Source: Methanobacteriota archaeon (GTDB taxonomy: Archaea; Halobacteriota; Bog-38; Methanoflorentales; Methanoflorentaceae). From it: a stretch of 64,000 nt of DNA. The notes under the pieces are model-generated. The model saw only the letters and a program-made list of their open reading frames with translations. It ran no database searches and was not told where the DNA came from. Position numbers and translations under genes: made by a program. The stretch spans positions 28,058 to 92,057 of the forward strand of contig PLGY01000037.1 of the NCBI GenBank assembly GCA_003139855.1. Direction: 5' to 3'. Shown in pieces: positions 31,445 to 40,185 of this stretch (the first letter of the stretch is position 1; each line of letters begins with the position of its first letter).

Positions 31445-31903
31445 TCAATCTCTATTTTGTTCTCGCTCAATCTGGCGAACTCTATCTTTCACCCAATCGG
31501 AGACCCTATCCTCGCTCATTTGGTTTGCCTCTTGCTGCTCTTTGATTTTTTCTGACACTAGCTCCAGCAATTCCTTGGAATTTACGGGTTTCATAATGTA
31601 TGCGTCCGCTCCGAGATTGAGGGACTTTACCGCATTCTCAAAACTCGGGAACCCAGTGATGATTATCTTTATCATTTGTGGATTAGTCTTATGCAGTTCA
31701 GTGATAAGCTCAGTGCCCTCCATGTCTGGTAGCTTGATGTCCAGCAGGCATAAGTTGAAAAAAGCAGCATCCGACCTCTCAATAGCTTCTTTGCCGGTAG
31801 AAGCCGTTTCTACTACGTAGCCATCTAGCCGCAAAATCTCTTTCAGGACTGTTAGGATTGTCTCATCGTCGTCCACGATCAAAATGCTTTTAGTTTCGAC
31901 CAT
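31445..31903 (-). CDS. stand-alone response-regulator receiver protein (CheY-like)
   Basis: ILIVDDDE, phospho-acceptor LLDIKLPDMEG, and IIITGF...K. It has a helical C-terminal tail and no output domain. ATG at 31903. Confidence 0.85.
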   Translation of the reverse strand: MVETKSILIVDDDETILTVLKEILRLDGYVVETASTGKEAIERSDAAFFNLCLLDIKLPDMEGTELITELHKTNPQMIKIIITGFPSFENAVKSLNLGADAYIMKPVNSKELLELVSEKIKEQQEANQMSEDRVSDWVKDRVRQIEREQNRD

Positions 31904-32237
31904 AGGATCCCCCAAGATATTGTGCGTCAGCTAGTAAAAAGTTGGCTTCACATAAAAAAGCTCACCTGTGAAAGGCGTCGAGACTGGCGCGGGTCGAGCG
32001 TCCAATTCGTTTAATCCAGCGCTCTACGTGCGTTTAATCTACAAATGCGAGCGACAGCAACAACCGAGACAATCCTCTCCTTTCTACGTTGCAAGTTAAA
32101 GAATGAAAAATTTCCCGTATGTTCTAGTTTATTCAGATTTTTTGCGGTAAAAAAGTCGTTTTGGGTGGTACTCGATTGTCGTCTTTAGCGCTGCATACGT
32201 AACCTATATTTCACAATAGGTATATATATGAATAAGC

Positions 32238-32251
32238 GGAACGGAGTTTCC
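32238..32251. promoter_or_regulatory. GGAA-N6-TTCC palindrome (NrpR-type nitrogen operator candidate) just downstream of a TATATATA tract
   Basis: Exact GGAAcggagtTTCC, about 10 nt after TATATATATG (32221-32230), in the 510-bp intergenic region upstream of the glutamate synthase genes. Confidence 0.45.
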
Positions 32252-32382
32252 AAAAAACCTTATTCTCCGCTGGCACAGCTGAAGAGAAAGGGACGCGCCC
32301 TAAAACAATTTTGTAGGTTAAACACTTCACTAGTGATGAATGTCTCTTCTGGCTGTTACAGTAGACGTTGACGACACAAAAA

Positions 32383-32390
32383 TTTTATAA
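32383..32390 (+). promoter_or_regulatory. TATA box candidate (TTTTATAA) for the glutamate synthase operon
   Basis: A/T box preceded by a purine-rich ACACAAAAA, about 36 nt upstream of the TTG start. GGTGG lies between them. Confidence 0.45.
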
Positions 32391-32425
32391 AAATGAAGAA
32401 ATAAGAAAATAGGGTGGTAGTAAAC

Positions 32426-33493
32426 TTGTGTAGCATATTAGGCATCGTAAATGAAAACCGCAAGCGTCTTTCTGCAAAATACATTGTTGAGGGAATTAGC
32501 CTAATGAATGACCGATGCAATGGATTGGGGGGAGGATTCGCAGCTTATGGACTATATCCCGAATACAAAGACTACTACGCCCTACATATCCTTCTAAAGG
32601 ATTTTGAACTGAAAGATCAAGTAGCTGAGATGCTGAAGGACTACGTCAATATTTATAAAGACGAAGAAATTGAAACGCGCAACGTGGAACGTATATCACA
32701 AGATTACATCCCCTGGCGCTTCTTTGTCGACGTGCCGGAACGGTACACTAGCGACGCAGACAATTATATTATTGACCTCGCGATGAAGATTAACAATACA
32801 GGCGGCGCGTTAGTCATCTCGAGTGGCAAGAACATGGGCGTTTTCAAAGCCATCGGCTACCCCGACGAAGTAGCAAGGCTGTACAAGCTTGAGAATTATA
32901 AGGCCTATATGTGGTTAGCTCACGGGAGATACCCTACAAACACGCGCGGTTGGTGGGGCGGTGCACATCCATTCAGCATCTTAGACTACAGCATTGTGCA
33001 TAACGGAGAGATTACTAGTTACGGAACTAACAAACGGTTCCTTGAGTCGTACGGGTATAAGTGCAGCTATTTTACAGATTCTGAAGTTTTGGCTTATTTG
33101 TGGGATCTGTTGGTCAGGAGACACAAGCTGCCCATCGAACTTGCATCCGAGGTCCTAGCTCCTCCGTTCTGGGAACAGATCGAGCGAATGCCGCCTGAGA
33201 AGAGGCGGATAATAGAGGCACTGAGAATGACTTACGGTCCTGCAATGGTCAACGGTCCGTTTGGCATTGTGATTGCAAATGGTTCAGGACTCACCGGAAC
33301 GGCGGGCAATGGTACTATGGTGGGGCTCTCGGACCGAATCAAGTTGCGTCCGCTCATCTGTGCTCGAAAAAATGGCACGACGTTTATGGCGAGCGAGGAG
33401 AGTGCGATTAAGGCCGTCTGCAAGAATCCAGACAACGTGTGGGCGCCACACGCAGGAAAGCCGACAGTCGCGATGGTGAATGGAGATGTATAG
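32426..33493 (+). CDS. glutamate synthase, glutamine amidotransferase (class II, Ntn) subunit
   Basis: Starting at TTG 32426 gives (M)CSILGIV, with the obligatory N-terminal catalytic Cys of class II amidotransferases. GGTGG lies 9 nt upstream. The gene overlaps the next gene by 14 nt. Confidence 0.85.
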   Translation: MCSILGIVNENRKRLSAKYIVEGISLMNDRCNGLGGGFAAYGLYPEYKDYYALHILLKDFELKDQVAEMLKDYVNIYKDEEIETRNVERISQDYIPWRFFVDVPERYTSDADNYIIDLAMKINNTGGALVISSGKNMGVFKAIGYPDEVARLYKLENYKAYMWLAHGRYPTNTRGWWGGAHPFSILDYSIVHNGEITSYGTNKRFLESYGYKCSYFTDSEVLAYLWDLLVRRHKLPIELASEVLAPPFWEQIERMPPEKRRIIEALRMTYGPAMVNGPFGIVIANGSGLTGTAGNGTMVGLSDRIKLRPLICARKNGTTFMASEESAIKAVCKNPDNVWAPHAGKPTVAMVNGDV

Positions 33494-34988
33494 TTCCGTT
33501 CCCGAGTTTAGGGTGGACATTGACAGGCAAGCGTGCAGGCTGTGCAAAAGGTGCATCGAGAATTGCTCATTCGGCGCACTAGAATGGCGGGATAACAAAG
33601 TCAAGGCGTTTAACGATCGGTGCGTTGCGTGCCAGAGATGCGTTAGTATGTGCCCTGAAGATGCCATAGCGCTTCGTCGAACGCCCTCAGTTATGAGTGC
33701 CCACCCAATTTGGACCGAGAACGCTCGGAGAGACGTATTCACGCAGTCGAGAACAGGCGCCATACTCCTAGCGAGCACTGGGAACGAACTTCACGAGCAA
33801 GTCATCTTCGACAATCTGCTTCTTGATGCCTGTCAGGTAACAAACCCAGCAATCGACCCTTTGCGGGAGCCAATCGAACTTCGAACTTATATAGGTCGAA
33901 AGCCTCGATTCGTCGAGCTTGAAGAGCTAGGCGATAGTTTGAGGCTTAATACCAAGCTTTCGCCAGCGCTTAAGCTTGAGATTCCAATTATGATAGCTCA
34001 AATGTCCTACGGAGCTATTAGTGTTGAAGCACACGAGGCGCTAGCACGTGCTGCGGTAATGCGCGGCACAACTATGGGTTCGGGAGAGGGGGGCCTCCAT
34101 AAGAAGCTATACCCATATGCAGACCACATCATTGTGCAAGTTGCTAGCGGAAGGTTTGGCGTTCACCCTGCCTATCTCGAAGCTGGGGCCGCTGTTGAAA
34201 TAAAGATCGGCCAAGGCGCAAAACCGGGGATTGGTGGTCACTTACCGGGAACCAAGATAACGGATGAAATATCTGAAACGCGAATGATTCCGATAGGGGC
34301 CGATGCCATAAGTCCGGCCCCGCACCACGACATCTACTCGATCGAGGACCTCGCGCAACTCGTAAACGCACTAAAGGAAGCTACACGATACAAAAAACCC
34401 GTCTTAGTTAAGATAGCTGCTGTTCACAACGTTGCTGCAATCTGCAGTGGTATCTGTCGCGCAGGGGCCGACGCGATCGTAATCGACGGATTTCGAGCGG
34501 GCACGGGTGCCACTCCTAAGGTCATTCGAGATAACGTCGGCATTCCCGTCGAACTGGCGCTTGCGAGTGTGGATCAGCGATTACGCGAAGAGGGTATACG
34601 GAATGAAACAAGCATAATTGCCAGTGGCACTATTCGGAATAGCGGCGACGTCGCAAAGGCGATAGCCCTTGGCGCTGACGCTGTGAAGATAGGCACCGCT
34701 GCCCTCATCGCGCTCGGCTGCACCGTGTGCAAGCGATGCTATACAGGTAAATGTGCTTGGGGGATAGCTACGCAAGATCCGGAACTAAGGTCGAGACTCG
34801 ATCCCGTTGAAGGTGCGCAGCGTGTCTCGAACTTGCTACTGGCTTGGTCGATTGAGCTAAAAGAGATCCTAGGCGCAGCAGGAATAAACTCAATCGAAAG
34901 TCTGAGAGGAAATCGTGACAGGCTTAGGGGCTATGGTCTGGATCACACCACGTTGGAAATACTCGGTGTCCAACCGGCAGGCAGCTAG
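33480..34988 (+). CDS. glutamate synthase FMN/synthase-domain subunit with an N-terminal 2x[4Fe-4S] ferredoxin domain
   Basis: CRLCKRCIENC and CVACQRCVSMCPEDAI motifs followed by a GltB-type TIM barrel (GEGG, GQGAKPGIGGHLPG, SPAPHHDIYSIEDL). Confidence 0.9.
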   Translation: MEMYSSVPEFRVDIDRQACRLCKRCIENCSFGALEWRDNKVKAFNDRCVACQRCVSMCPEDAIALRRTPSVMSAHPIWTENARRDVFTQSRTGAILLASTGNELHEQVIFDNLLLDACQVTNPAIDPLREPIELRTYIGRKPRFVELEELGDSLRLNTKLSPALKLEIPIMIAQMSYGAISVEAHEALARAAVMRGTTMGSGEGGLHKKLYPYADHIIVQVASGRFGVHPAYLEAGAAVEIKIGQGAKPGIGGHLPGTKITDEISETRMIPIGADAISPAPHHDIYSIEDLAQLVNALKEATRYKKPVLVKIAAVHNVAAICSGICRAGADAIVIDGFRAGTGATPKVIRDNVGIPVELALASVDQRLREEGIRNETSIIASGTIRNSGDVAKAIALGADAVKIGTAALIALGCTVCKRCYTGKCAWGIATQDPELRSRLDPVEGAQRVSNLLLAWSIELKEILGAAGINSIESLRGNRDRLRGYGLDHTTLEILGVQPAGS

Positions 34989-34995
34989 GTAACTC

Positions 34996-35736
34996 ATGCG
35001 CATAGTAGCTAATTATAAGCATTACAAGGAGCTCAATGAGGAGATCTTCCAGGCGGTTCAGGCCGGCGTAGCTGAGTTGACGCTTGAGGACGTAAACGGC
35101 CAAAGGTTTATTGCTGACTGCCTCAAAGGCAAGCTCAACATCGACATCTATGGCACCCCTGGAAACGATTTGGGAATGTTTATGGATGGTCCAACGGTAA
35201 CCGTCTTTGGTAACGCTCAAGACGGCGTCGGAAACACCATGAGTTCCGGGAAGATTATTATACATGGGGACGGGCGAGACATTTTGGGTCACAGTATGAG
35301 GGGGGGAAAAATCTTTGTCCGCGGCGACGTCGGCTACAGAGTCGGCATACATATGAAGACTTACAAGTCCAACGTTCCGATAATCGTTGCCGGTGGACGC
35401 GCTGGTGACTTTCTCGGAGAGTACATGGCGGGCGGCATAATCATTGTTTTGGGAATCCATAACAGGGCTAAAAAAGCCGAGATTTTAGGCGATTGGGTAG
35501 CGACAGGACAACACGGCGGCGCTATTTACGTCAGGGGCGACGTCGACGAGAGCAAGCTCGGCAACGGCGCGTCGCAATTTCGGGTGACTGCTGACGACGA
35601 AATCACTATTAAAAAAGTTCTCAAGGAGTACTGCCAGGTTTTTGGCCTTGACCTCGAGGGCCTTCTTGACGCTGAATTCACAAAGATCGCCCCTCTTTCT
35701 CATAGGCCATATGCCGCATTATATACTTGTGAATAA
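34996..35736 (+). CDS. glutamate synthase GXGXG (alpha-subunit C-terminal, FwdC-like) domain subunit
   Basis: Repeated beta-helix GxxGxxxG pattern (IHGDGRDILGHSMRGGKIFVRGDVGYRVG, AGDFLGEYMAGGIIIVLG). Confidence 0.85.
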   Translation: MRIVANYKHYKELNEEIFQAVQAGVAELTLEDVNGQRFIADCLKGKLNIDIYGTPGNDLGMFMDGPTVTVFGNAQDGVGNTMSSGKIIIHGDGRDILGHSMRGGKIFVRGDVGYRVGIHMKTYKSNVPIIVAGGRAGDFLGEYMAGGIIIVLGIHNRAKKAEILGDWVATGQHGGAIYVRGDVDESKLGNGASQFRVTADDEITIKKVLKEYCQVFGLDLEGLLDAEFTKIAPLSHRPYAALYTCE

Positions 35737-35750
35737 GTTGCGGAGGCGAG

Positions 35751-36818
35751 ATGGACCTTCTCTCATACAAAGACTTGAAACGGAAAGTCTGGGACACGGA
35801 AAAATGCTGCGGATGCGGAGCATGTGTTGGCGTATGCCCGACAGAAGCCCTTTATTTTGACGACGATCCTGGCCATCCTAAGTCGAACGATTACTGCAAG
35901 GTGACGCGTGATGATGTTCCTTGCGCGGCTTGCTATTATGCTTGTCCGAGAGCTGATGAAACCTGCTCTGACGGGTTTGGTAATATCATATCGATATACG
36001 AATCAATATCCAAGATTCGCGTTGCTGACGCCCAATCAGGCGGAGTTGTCAGCTCTGTACTCGCAGCCGCTTTCGAATCGAACTCGATTGACGGCGCGAT
36101 CGTGATGGGCGTGGATAAATGGAGCCAAGTATCTCAGCCCGCGTTCGTTCAAACGTCGCACGAAGTTCTTGGGGCGGCAGGATCAAGATATGTGTGGGCA
36201 CCTATTTTGAAGGCACTCAGAGAAGCCATAGCAGACAGACAGCTGCACAAGATTGCTATAGTCGGGACGCCTTGCGTTACTAGTGCGGTCAGAAGGATTC
36301 GGCAATCGAACGTCGACGTCTTGTCAATATACAAAAACGCAATTCGAGTTTCGCTCGGGTTGTTTTGCACAGAAATATTTACGGATAGTCTTCTCGAAGA
36401 GTTGCGAATTAGCCACGGAATCAAGCCCTGGGAGATAAGCAGTTTCGATGTCAAAGGAAAGTTCATCGTAAAACTGAAAGATCAAACTACGCTCGAGTTG
36501 CCTCTAAAAGGCTTACGCACGTCAAAGAGACCTGGGTGCGAGCACTGTGTGGACTTTACGAGCGAAGACGCCGATTTGTCGTTTGGAAGCGTTGGCGCCT
36601 CGCCTGGACACACCGTTGTAATTGTGCGAACCGATGTTGGGGAAGGTTTTTTGAAACTAGCACAGCGTCTTGGATACATAGAACTTAGTTCGGGCGTCGA
36701 TATTGCCCCCATAGCAAATATTGGGGCAAAAAAGAAGGGCCTACCAGTCGAAAAGGCAATGTCGCTCCTTAAAGAACACGCTAACAGCGCGCCATCATCT
36801 AGCAGAAAGACTGAATGA
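35751..36818 (+). CDS. FrhB/FdhB-family F420-reducing/oxidising subunit homolog with an N-terminal ferredoxin domain
   Basis: CCGCGACVGVCP and CAACYYACPR clusters. The rest matches Methanothermobacter FrhB block by block as I recall it: AQSGGVVSSVLAAAF, AAGSRYVW, IVGTPCV, GLFCTEIF, PGCEHCVDFTSEDADLSFGSVG. Confidence 0.85.
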   Translation: MDLLSYKDLKRKVWDTEKCCGCGACVGVCPTEALYFDDDPGHPKSNDYCKVTRDDVPCAACYYACPRADETCSDGFGNIISIYESISKIRVADAQSGGVVSSVLAAAFESNSIDGAIVMGVDKWSQVSQPAFVQTSHEVLGAAGSRYVWAPILKALREAIADRQLHKIAIVGTPCVTSAVRRIRQSNVDVLSIYKNAIRVSLGLFCTEIFTDSLLEELRISHGIKPWEISSFDVKGKFIVKLKDQTTLELPLKGLRTSKRPGCEHCVDFTSEDADLSFGSVGASPGHTVVIVRTDVGEGFLKLAQRLGYIELSSGVDIAPIANIGAKKKGLPVEKAMSLLKEHANSAPSSSRKTE

Positions 36819-37599
36819 TTGGTTCTAGATACTCTTTTCCGCGCTTTTGTCCTTCAATCGTTCGATGTTCGTCTATTAGGAGCCCGTCATATCCTATTTT
36901 GTTTAGTGCCTCAATGACAGCTCGCCACGGAACCGATCCTTGCCCAACAACCGCGTGCATTTCTCGAAACCCATCGTTATCGTGGATGTGCACGTGTTTG
37001 ATTCGCGCGCCGAACTTATGAATCATTTGTGGTGTAGGAACATCAGTGGTGTTGCAGTGGCCTACATCTAAGGCCACCTGCAAGAACCTTGATCTCAGTT
37101 CGTCGACGATTTCTACAAGAGCATCGCCGGTCCAGGTTTCTTTAAAAGCGGGCGGGAACCGCGGCATATTTTCTACGCAGACGAGAATTTTTTCGGCCTC
37201 TGCTTTCTCACATATGCGTAAAAAAGAGTCGCGTTGATTTTCCTTTGAAATTCGCTCGAATTTTTGCAAGCTTCTTGGGTGGCTGACGATACCAGGGTGA
37301 ACCACGACTAATTCGCAGCCGAGTTCGCGTGCGTACGTGATCGAGTTGAGTATTTCGTTGAGCGACGCCTTACGAAGCTTGGGATTAATGCTAGCAAGAT
37401 TTACGCTGCAGAAAGGTGCGTGCATCGTATACGTGAGATCGTAGCTCCGCTTAAGCTCAGAGAGCAGGCTCACGTTGGGTGTGCTATAGTGGACGTGGGG
37501 AAACTCAGAAACTAGCTCGATAGCATTGAAGGTCGCAGCGGCGCTTACGATAAATTCTTTAACGTCAAGCTCAATCGCTGAAGAGACACCATATAGCAT
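36799..37599 (-). CDS. sugar phosphate isomerase/epimerase (xylose-isomerase-like TIM barrel)
   Basis: 266 aa with the H..h...E...D..H....H.HD pattern (VVHPG, CVENM, LDVGHC, HVHIHDN). It is convergent with the FrhB-like gene, overlapping by 20 nt. Confidence 0.8.
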   Translation of the reverse strand: MLYGVSSAIELDVKEFIVSAAATFNAIELVSEFPHVHYSTPNVSLLSELKRSYDLTYTMHAPFCSVNLASINPKLRKASLNEILNSITYARELGCELVVVHPGIVSHPRSLQKFERISKENQRDSFLRICEKAEAEKILVCVENMPRFPPAFKETWTGDALVEIVDELRSRFLQVALDVGHCNTTDVPTPQMIHKFGARIKHVHIHDNDGFREMHAVVGQGSVPWRAVIEALNKIGYDGLLIDEHRTIEGQKRGKEYLEPIIQSFC

Positions 37600-37659
37600 T
37601 GTTAGGCTCCGATTGGGGGCGCGATGACGTCGACTTCTGATCTATTCGACCGATTGTGC

Positions 37660-38232
37660 TCACGTCTCGTACTCTTTTTTAAGTGCTTCAAGAGCCTCGA
37701 TGACGATTCCCACGTAAAGGCTTGTATCTGTGCCATAGTAATCGCGGACTTTTGCGGCGTCTTCGTTGTCGAGTTGCAACCGTTCGATCCGTTCAAGGGT
37801 TTTCTCGGCAGTTTCTAAAACCCATCTGTTTCGTGTTTCGGAATCGACAACGTTGATGAATTCAGGGCGTATGGATACCTTGACCGGACCGTCGTTAGTG
37901 CGAAATACGTTCAGTTTGCCTACGACAGCCACGAACGCAGGTACTTCTATTGCGCTCAACTGGGTGACTGCCTGTTGTTGGTACTGTCCGGCGTATATGG
38001 GAAAAACGCCTGTCGGATCGGCCAGTCGAGCGCGCCAGTAGTCAGAATCAACGCCAACGTTTTCCTTTTCTGTAAGTGCACCGACGACAAAAACCCGATT
38101 ACATTTGGCGCCTGTTGGGGTCAAAAGATACTGTGGCGCGTAGGTATCTTCGTGTTCCTTGTAAACGAGCGTCGACTCATTGAGCTCTTTCGCATAGAGG
38201 CGCCGTGCTACCTCCCGTTGTCTCAATGACAT
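37660..38232 (-). CDS. RPA-associated OB-fold protein (COG3390-like, rpap)
   Basis: 190 aa with NRVFVVGALTEKENVG...YWRARLADPTG...VAVVGKL, typical of the OB-fold partner encoded downstream of euryarchaeal rpa genes. Its ATG overlaps the rpa stop (TAATG). Confidence 0.7.
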   Translation of the reverse strand: MSLRQREVARRLYAKELNESTLVYKEHEDTYAPQYLLTPTGAKCNRVFVVGALTEKENVGVDSDYWRARLADPTGVFPIYAGQYQQQAVTQLSAIEVPAFVAVVGKLNVFRTNDGPVKVSIRPEFINVVDSETRNRWVLETAEKTLERIERLQLDNEDAAKVRDYYGTDTSLYVGIVIEALEALKKEYET

Positions 38233-39161
38233 TAAAGTCTCCCCTGCGCCCTCTTGAGGACAGCATCAATCTCATCCTCGTCCATCTTAGGCAGCTCTTC
38301 AAAATCTGTTATCAGCAGCCATCGCGGGGTTTTGTTGCCGCGGACCCTATAGTAGCGTCCGATGACGACGGCCTTCATCGCGTCTGCCGCGACGTTTTGA
38401 TCGAGTGCTTCCATAGCCATTTCTTTAGCTGCCTCCAGCGTGATTCCAGTCAATCTTTCCGTCATCTCTCGATTAAAGAGCACGTCTGACACGATCTCGC
38501 CGTTATCGAGCACACCCTTGACGCGCAAATCGTAAACTCCACTTACTTCGCCGTGCTCTGCGCAGTGCCCCTTAACGACGACTCGATTGCACTCCGGACA
38601 TCTTTTTACTAATCCCGAGCCGGACTGCACATCAATAATTGCACCAGAGATCTCCTCTTCTGCGCGACCGACTGCTACCTCTTCATCGAGCGGTGCAATT
38701 TCGGATGCTTTGTTCAAGCTAACGCTGAAACGCCCCTGCCACGATTTTGTGACCACGTTACGTATCGAGTAGCTTTGTCCGTCCCTGAGAATAGGCAAGT
38801 TCGCATTTGACCAGCTTGTAAACTTGATGGTTCCCGTCTCGTCGCCGAGGAGGCCGACTTGTGCTATTGATGGTGAATTGGGCTCCCATAGCTGAACGAC
38901 TCGCACGCGGAGGTTGATCCATATATCTTCGGTATTTATGTCTGCGATTTTTGCGTAGATTACCTCGGTTTCGGAAGCAACGCCTTCCTTGGGATGGAGT
39001 TTAGCAAAATAAGAAACCACGCTCCTTCTTGCTTCTTCGATTGGCACTTTAAAATCGTAAACGAGGCTGTTCAGTCGCTGTTCAATGTCGCTAGTGGGAA
39101 CTGTGACACCTTGTTCCAAAAAACGAGCACGAATATCTTCTGCTAGCTCTCTCAAGTCCAT
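38232..39161 (-). CDS. rpa: replication protein A (ssDNA-binding, OB fold plus Zn finger)
   Basis: 309 aa with an OB-fold region (WINLRVRVVQLWE...GLLGDETGTIKFTSW) and Zn ribbon CPECNRVV..GHCAEHG. Confidence 0.8.
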   Translation of the reverse strand: MDLRELAEDIRARFLEQGVTVPTSDIEQRLNSLVYDFKVPIEEARRSVVSYFAKLHPKEGVASETEVIYAKIADINTEDIWINLRVRVVQLWEPNSPSIAQVGLLGDETGTIKFTSWSNANLPILRDGQSYSIRNVVTKSWQGRFSVSLNKASEIAPLDEEVAVGRAEEEISGAIIDVQSGSGLVKRCPECNRVVVKGHCAEHGEVSGVYDLRVKGVLDNGEIVSDVLFNREMTERLTGITLEAAKEMAMEALDQNVAADAMKAVVIGRYYRVRGNKTPRWLLITDFEELPKMDEDEIDAVLKRAQGRL

Positions 39162-39265
39162 TTCTTCCCCTCTAGCCTTTGGTTTTCTAGTTTGAAAGGC
39201 AGCAATATGTTGTGCGAGATTGATATAAAGCTTTCTCGCGTGCCAGAAAAGTGTTTAATAATAAG

Positions 39266-39563
39266 GCTGGAGTGGGGGTTGTAAGCCTCCTTCTGTTTCA
39301 AGTGGCATTCATCTAAGCGCTTAACCTGGGTGTCGTCTGGACTGCTCATTCACCCTTTTTAGCTTGCACCTGTGAGGATTCGCCGTTCCATCGTAACTCC
39401 TGCTCTCGTCGGTTCTTCACCTCATACTCATATTTGCAGGGACGTACCGTTTCTGTGCCAGAGCCATGACTCTCGCCATGCGCGTTTCCCCGCTCACACG
39501 TCCAGAGGGTGGGAGGACTTTCCTCAGCGAGTTCCACCGGCAGCCACTCATCCCCTCTCCTCT
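39266..39563 (-). ncRNA. rnpB: RNase P RNA (archaeal type A-like)
   Basis: The minus-strand read contains CR-I GAGGAAAGTCC (reverse complement of 39511-39521) and CR-V ACAGAAGGAGGCTTAC near the 3' end. The 5' GGAGAGGGG pairs with the 3' CCCCCACTCC to form P1. A TATA box lies about 22 nt upstream and a T-rich tail follows the 3' end. Ends are accurate to about +/-5 nt. Confidence 0.8.
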
Positions 39564-39583
39564 GTTTATCTCGAAGGCAAACG

Positions 39584-39593
39584 TAATATAACT
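39584..39593 (-). promoter_or_regulatory. TATA box (AGTTATATTA on the minus strand) for RNase P RNA
   Basis: About 22 nt upstream of the inferred 5' end of the RNA. Confidence 0.5.
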
Positions 39594-39612
39594 ATTCACT
39601 AACATGTGAAGC

Positions 39613-40179
39613 ATGGATTTGGATGAAGCGCGCGTGGGTATGCGTCTCGCACGCCAAGCCATCGAGATCGCGGTAAACTCCGGGGAACGGATAGAAGCGC
39701 CGGAAGGCCTTCCCGCCATTTTTGAGGAACTCGGCGGCGTTTTTGTAACCCTACATTCAGGCGTCCTGAGGGGCTGTGTTGGGTACCCCTACCCAACTAC
39801 GACAATCAAGGAAGCCCTGATCGACTCGGCAATCAGCGCGGCCTTACACGATTATCGATTTCCTCCCGTGCGGGCAGACGAGTTACCACGGATCACGATG
39901 GAGATCACGTTCCTGTCGAAACCGGTACGGATTTTCGGCCCCTCTGACATAGTGATCGGCAAGCACGGTATTATTGTAAAGAAAGGGTTGCAGCAAGGAT
40001 TGCTTTTGCCTCAAGTTGCGACAGATTATGGCTGGACGGCCCAGAAGTTTTTGGATCAAACATACGTCAAGGCAGGCCTGACTCCTCGAGGCGACAGCGC
40101 AGAAATATTTGTGTTTGAGGGCCAGGTCTTTTCCGAGCTTCGTCCCGGTGGCGAAGTGGTTGAGCGCTGTCTTGAGTGA
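39613..40179 (+). CDS. AMMECR1-domain protein
   Basis: 188 aa with GGVFVTLH...LRGCVGY...LLPQV motifs. Confidence 0.9.
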   Translation: MDLDEARVGMRLARQAIEIAVNSGERIEAPEGLPAIFEELGGVFVTLHSGVLRGCVGYPYPTTTIKEALIDSAISAALHDYRFPPVRADELPRITMEITFLSKPVRIFGPSDIVIGKHGIIVKKGLQQGLLLPQVATDYGWTAQKFLDQTYVKAGLTPRGDSAEIFVFEGQVFSELRPGGEVVERCLE

Positions 40180-40185
40180 CGGACG

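Noticed and set aside
31916-32425. Replication origin in the 510-bp AT-rich spacer (the window encodes MCM, RFC, RPA and primase).
   Set aside because: I found no ORB or mini-ORB type (TTCCAGTGGAAAC-like) repeats and no adjacent orc1/cdc6. Divergent promoters explain the AT-richness.
39152-39719. Four overlapping ORFs between rpa and the AMMECR1 gene.
   Set aside because: The region is explained by the RNase P RNA gene (CR-I and CR-V boxes, P1 helix, own TATA box).
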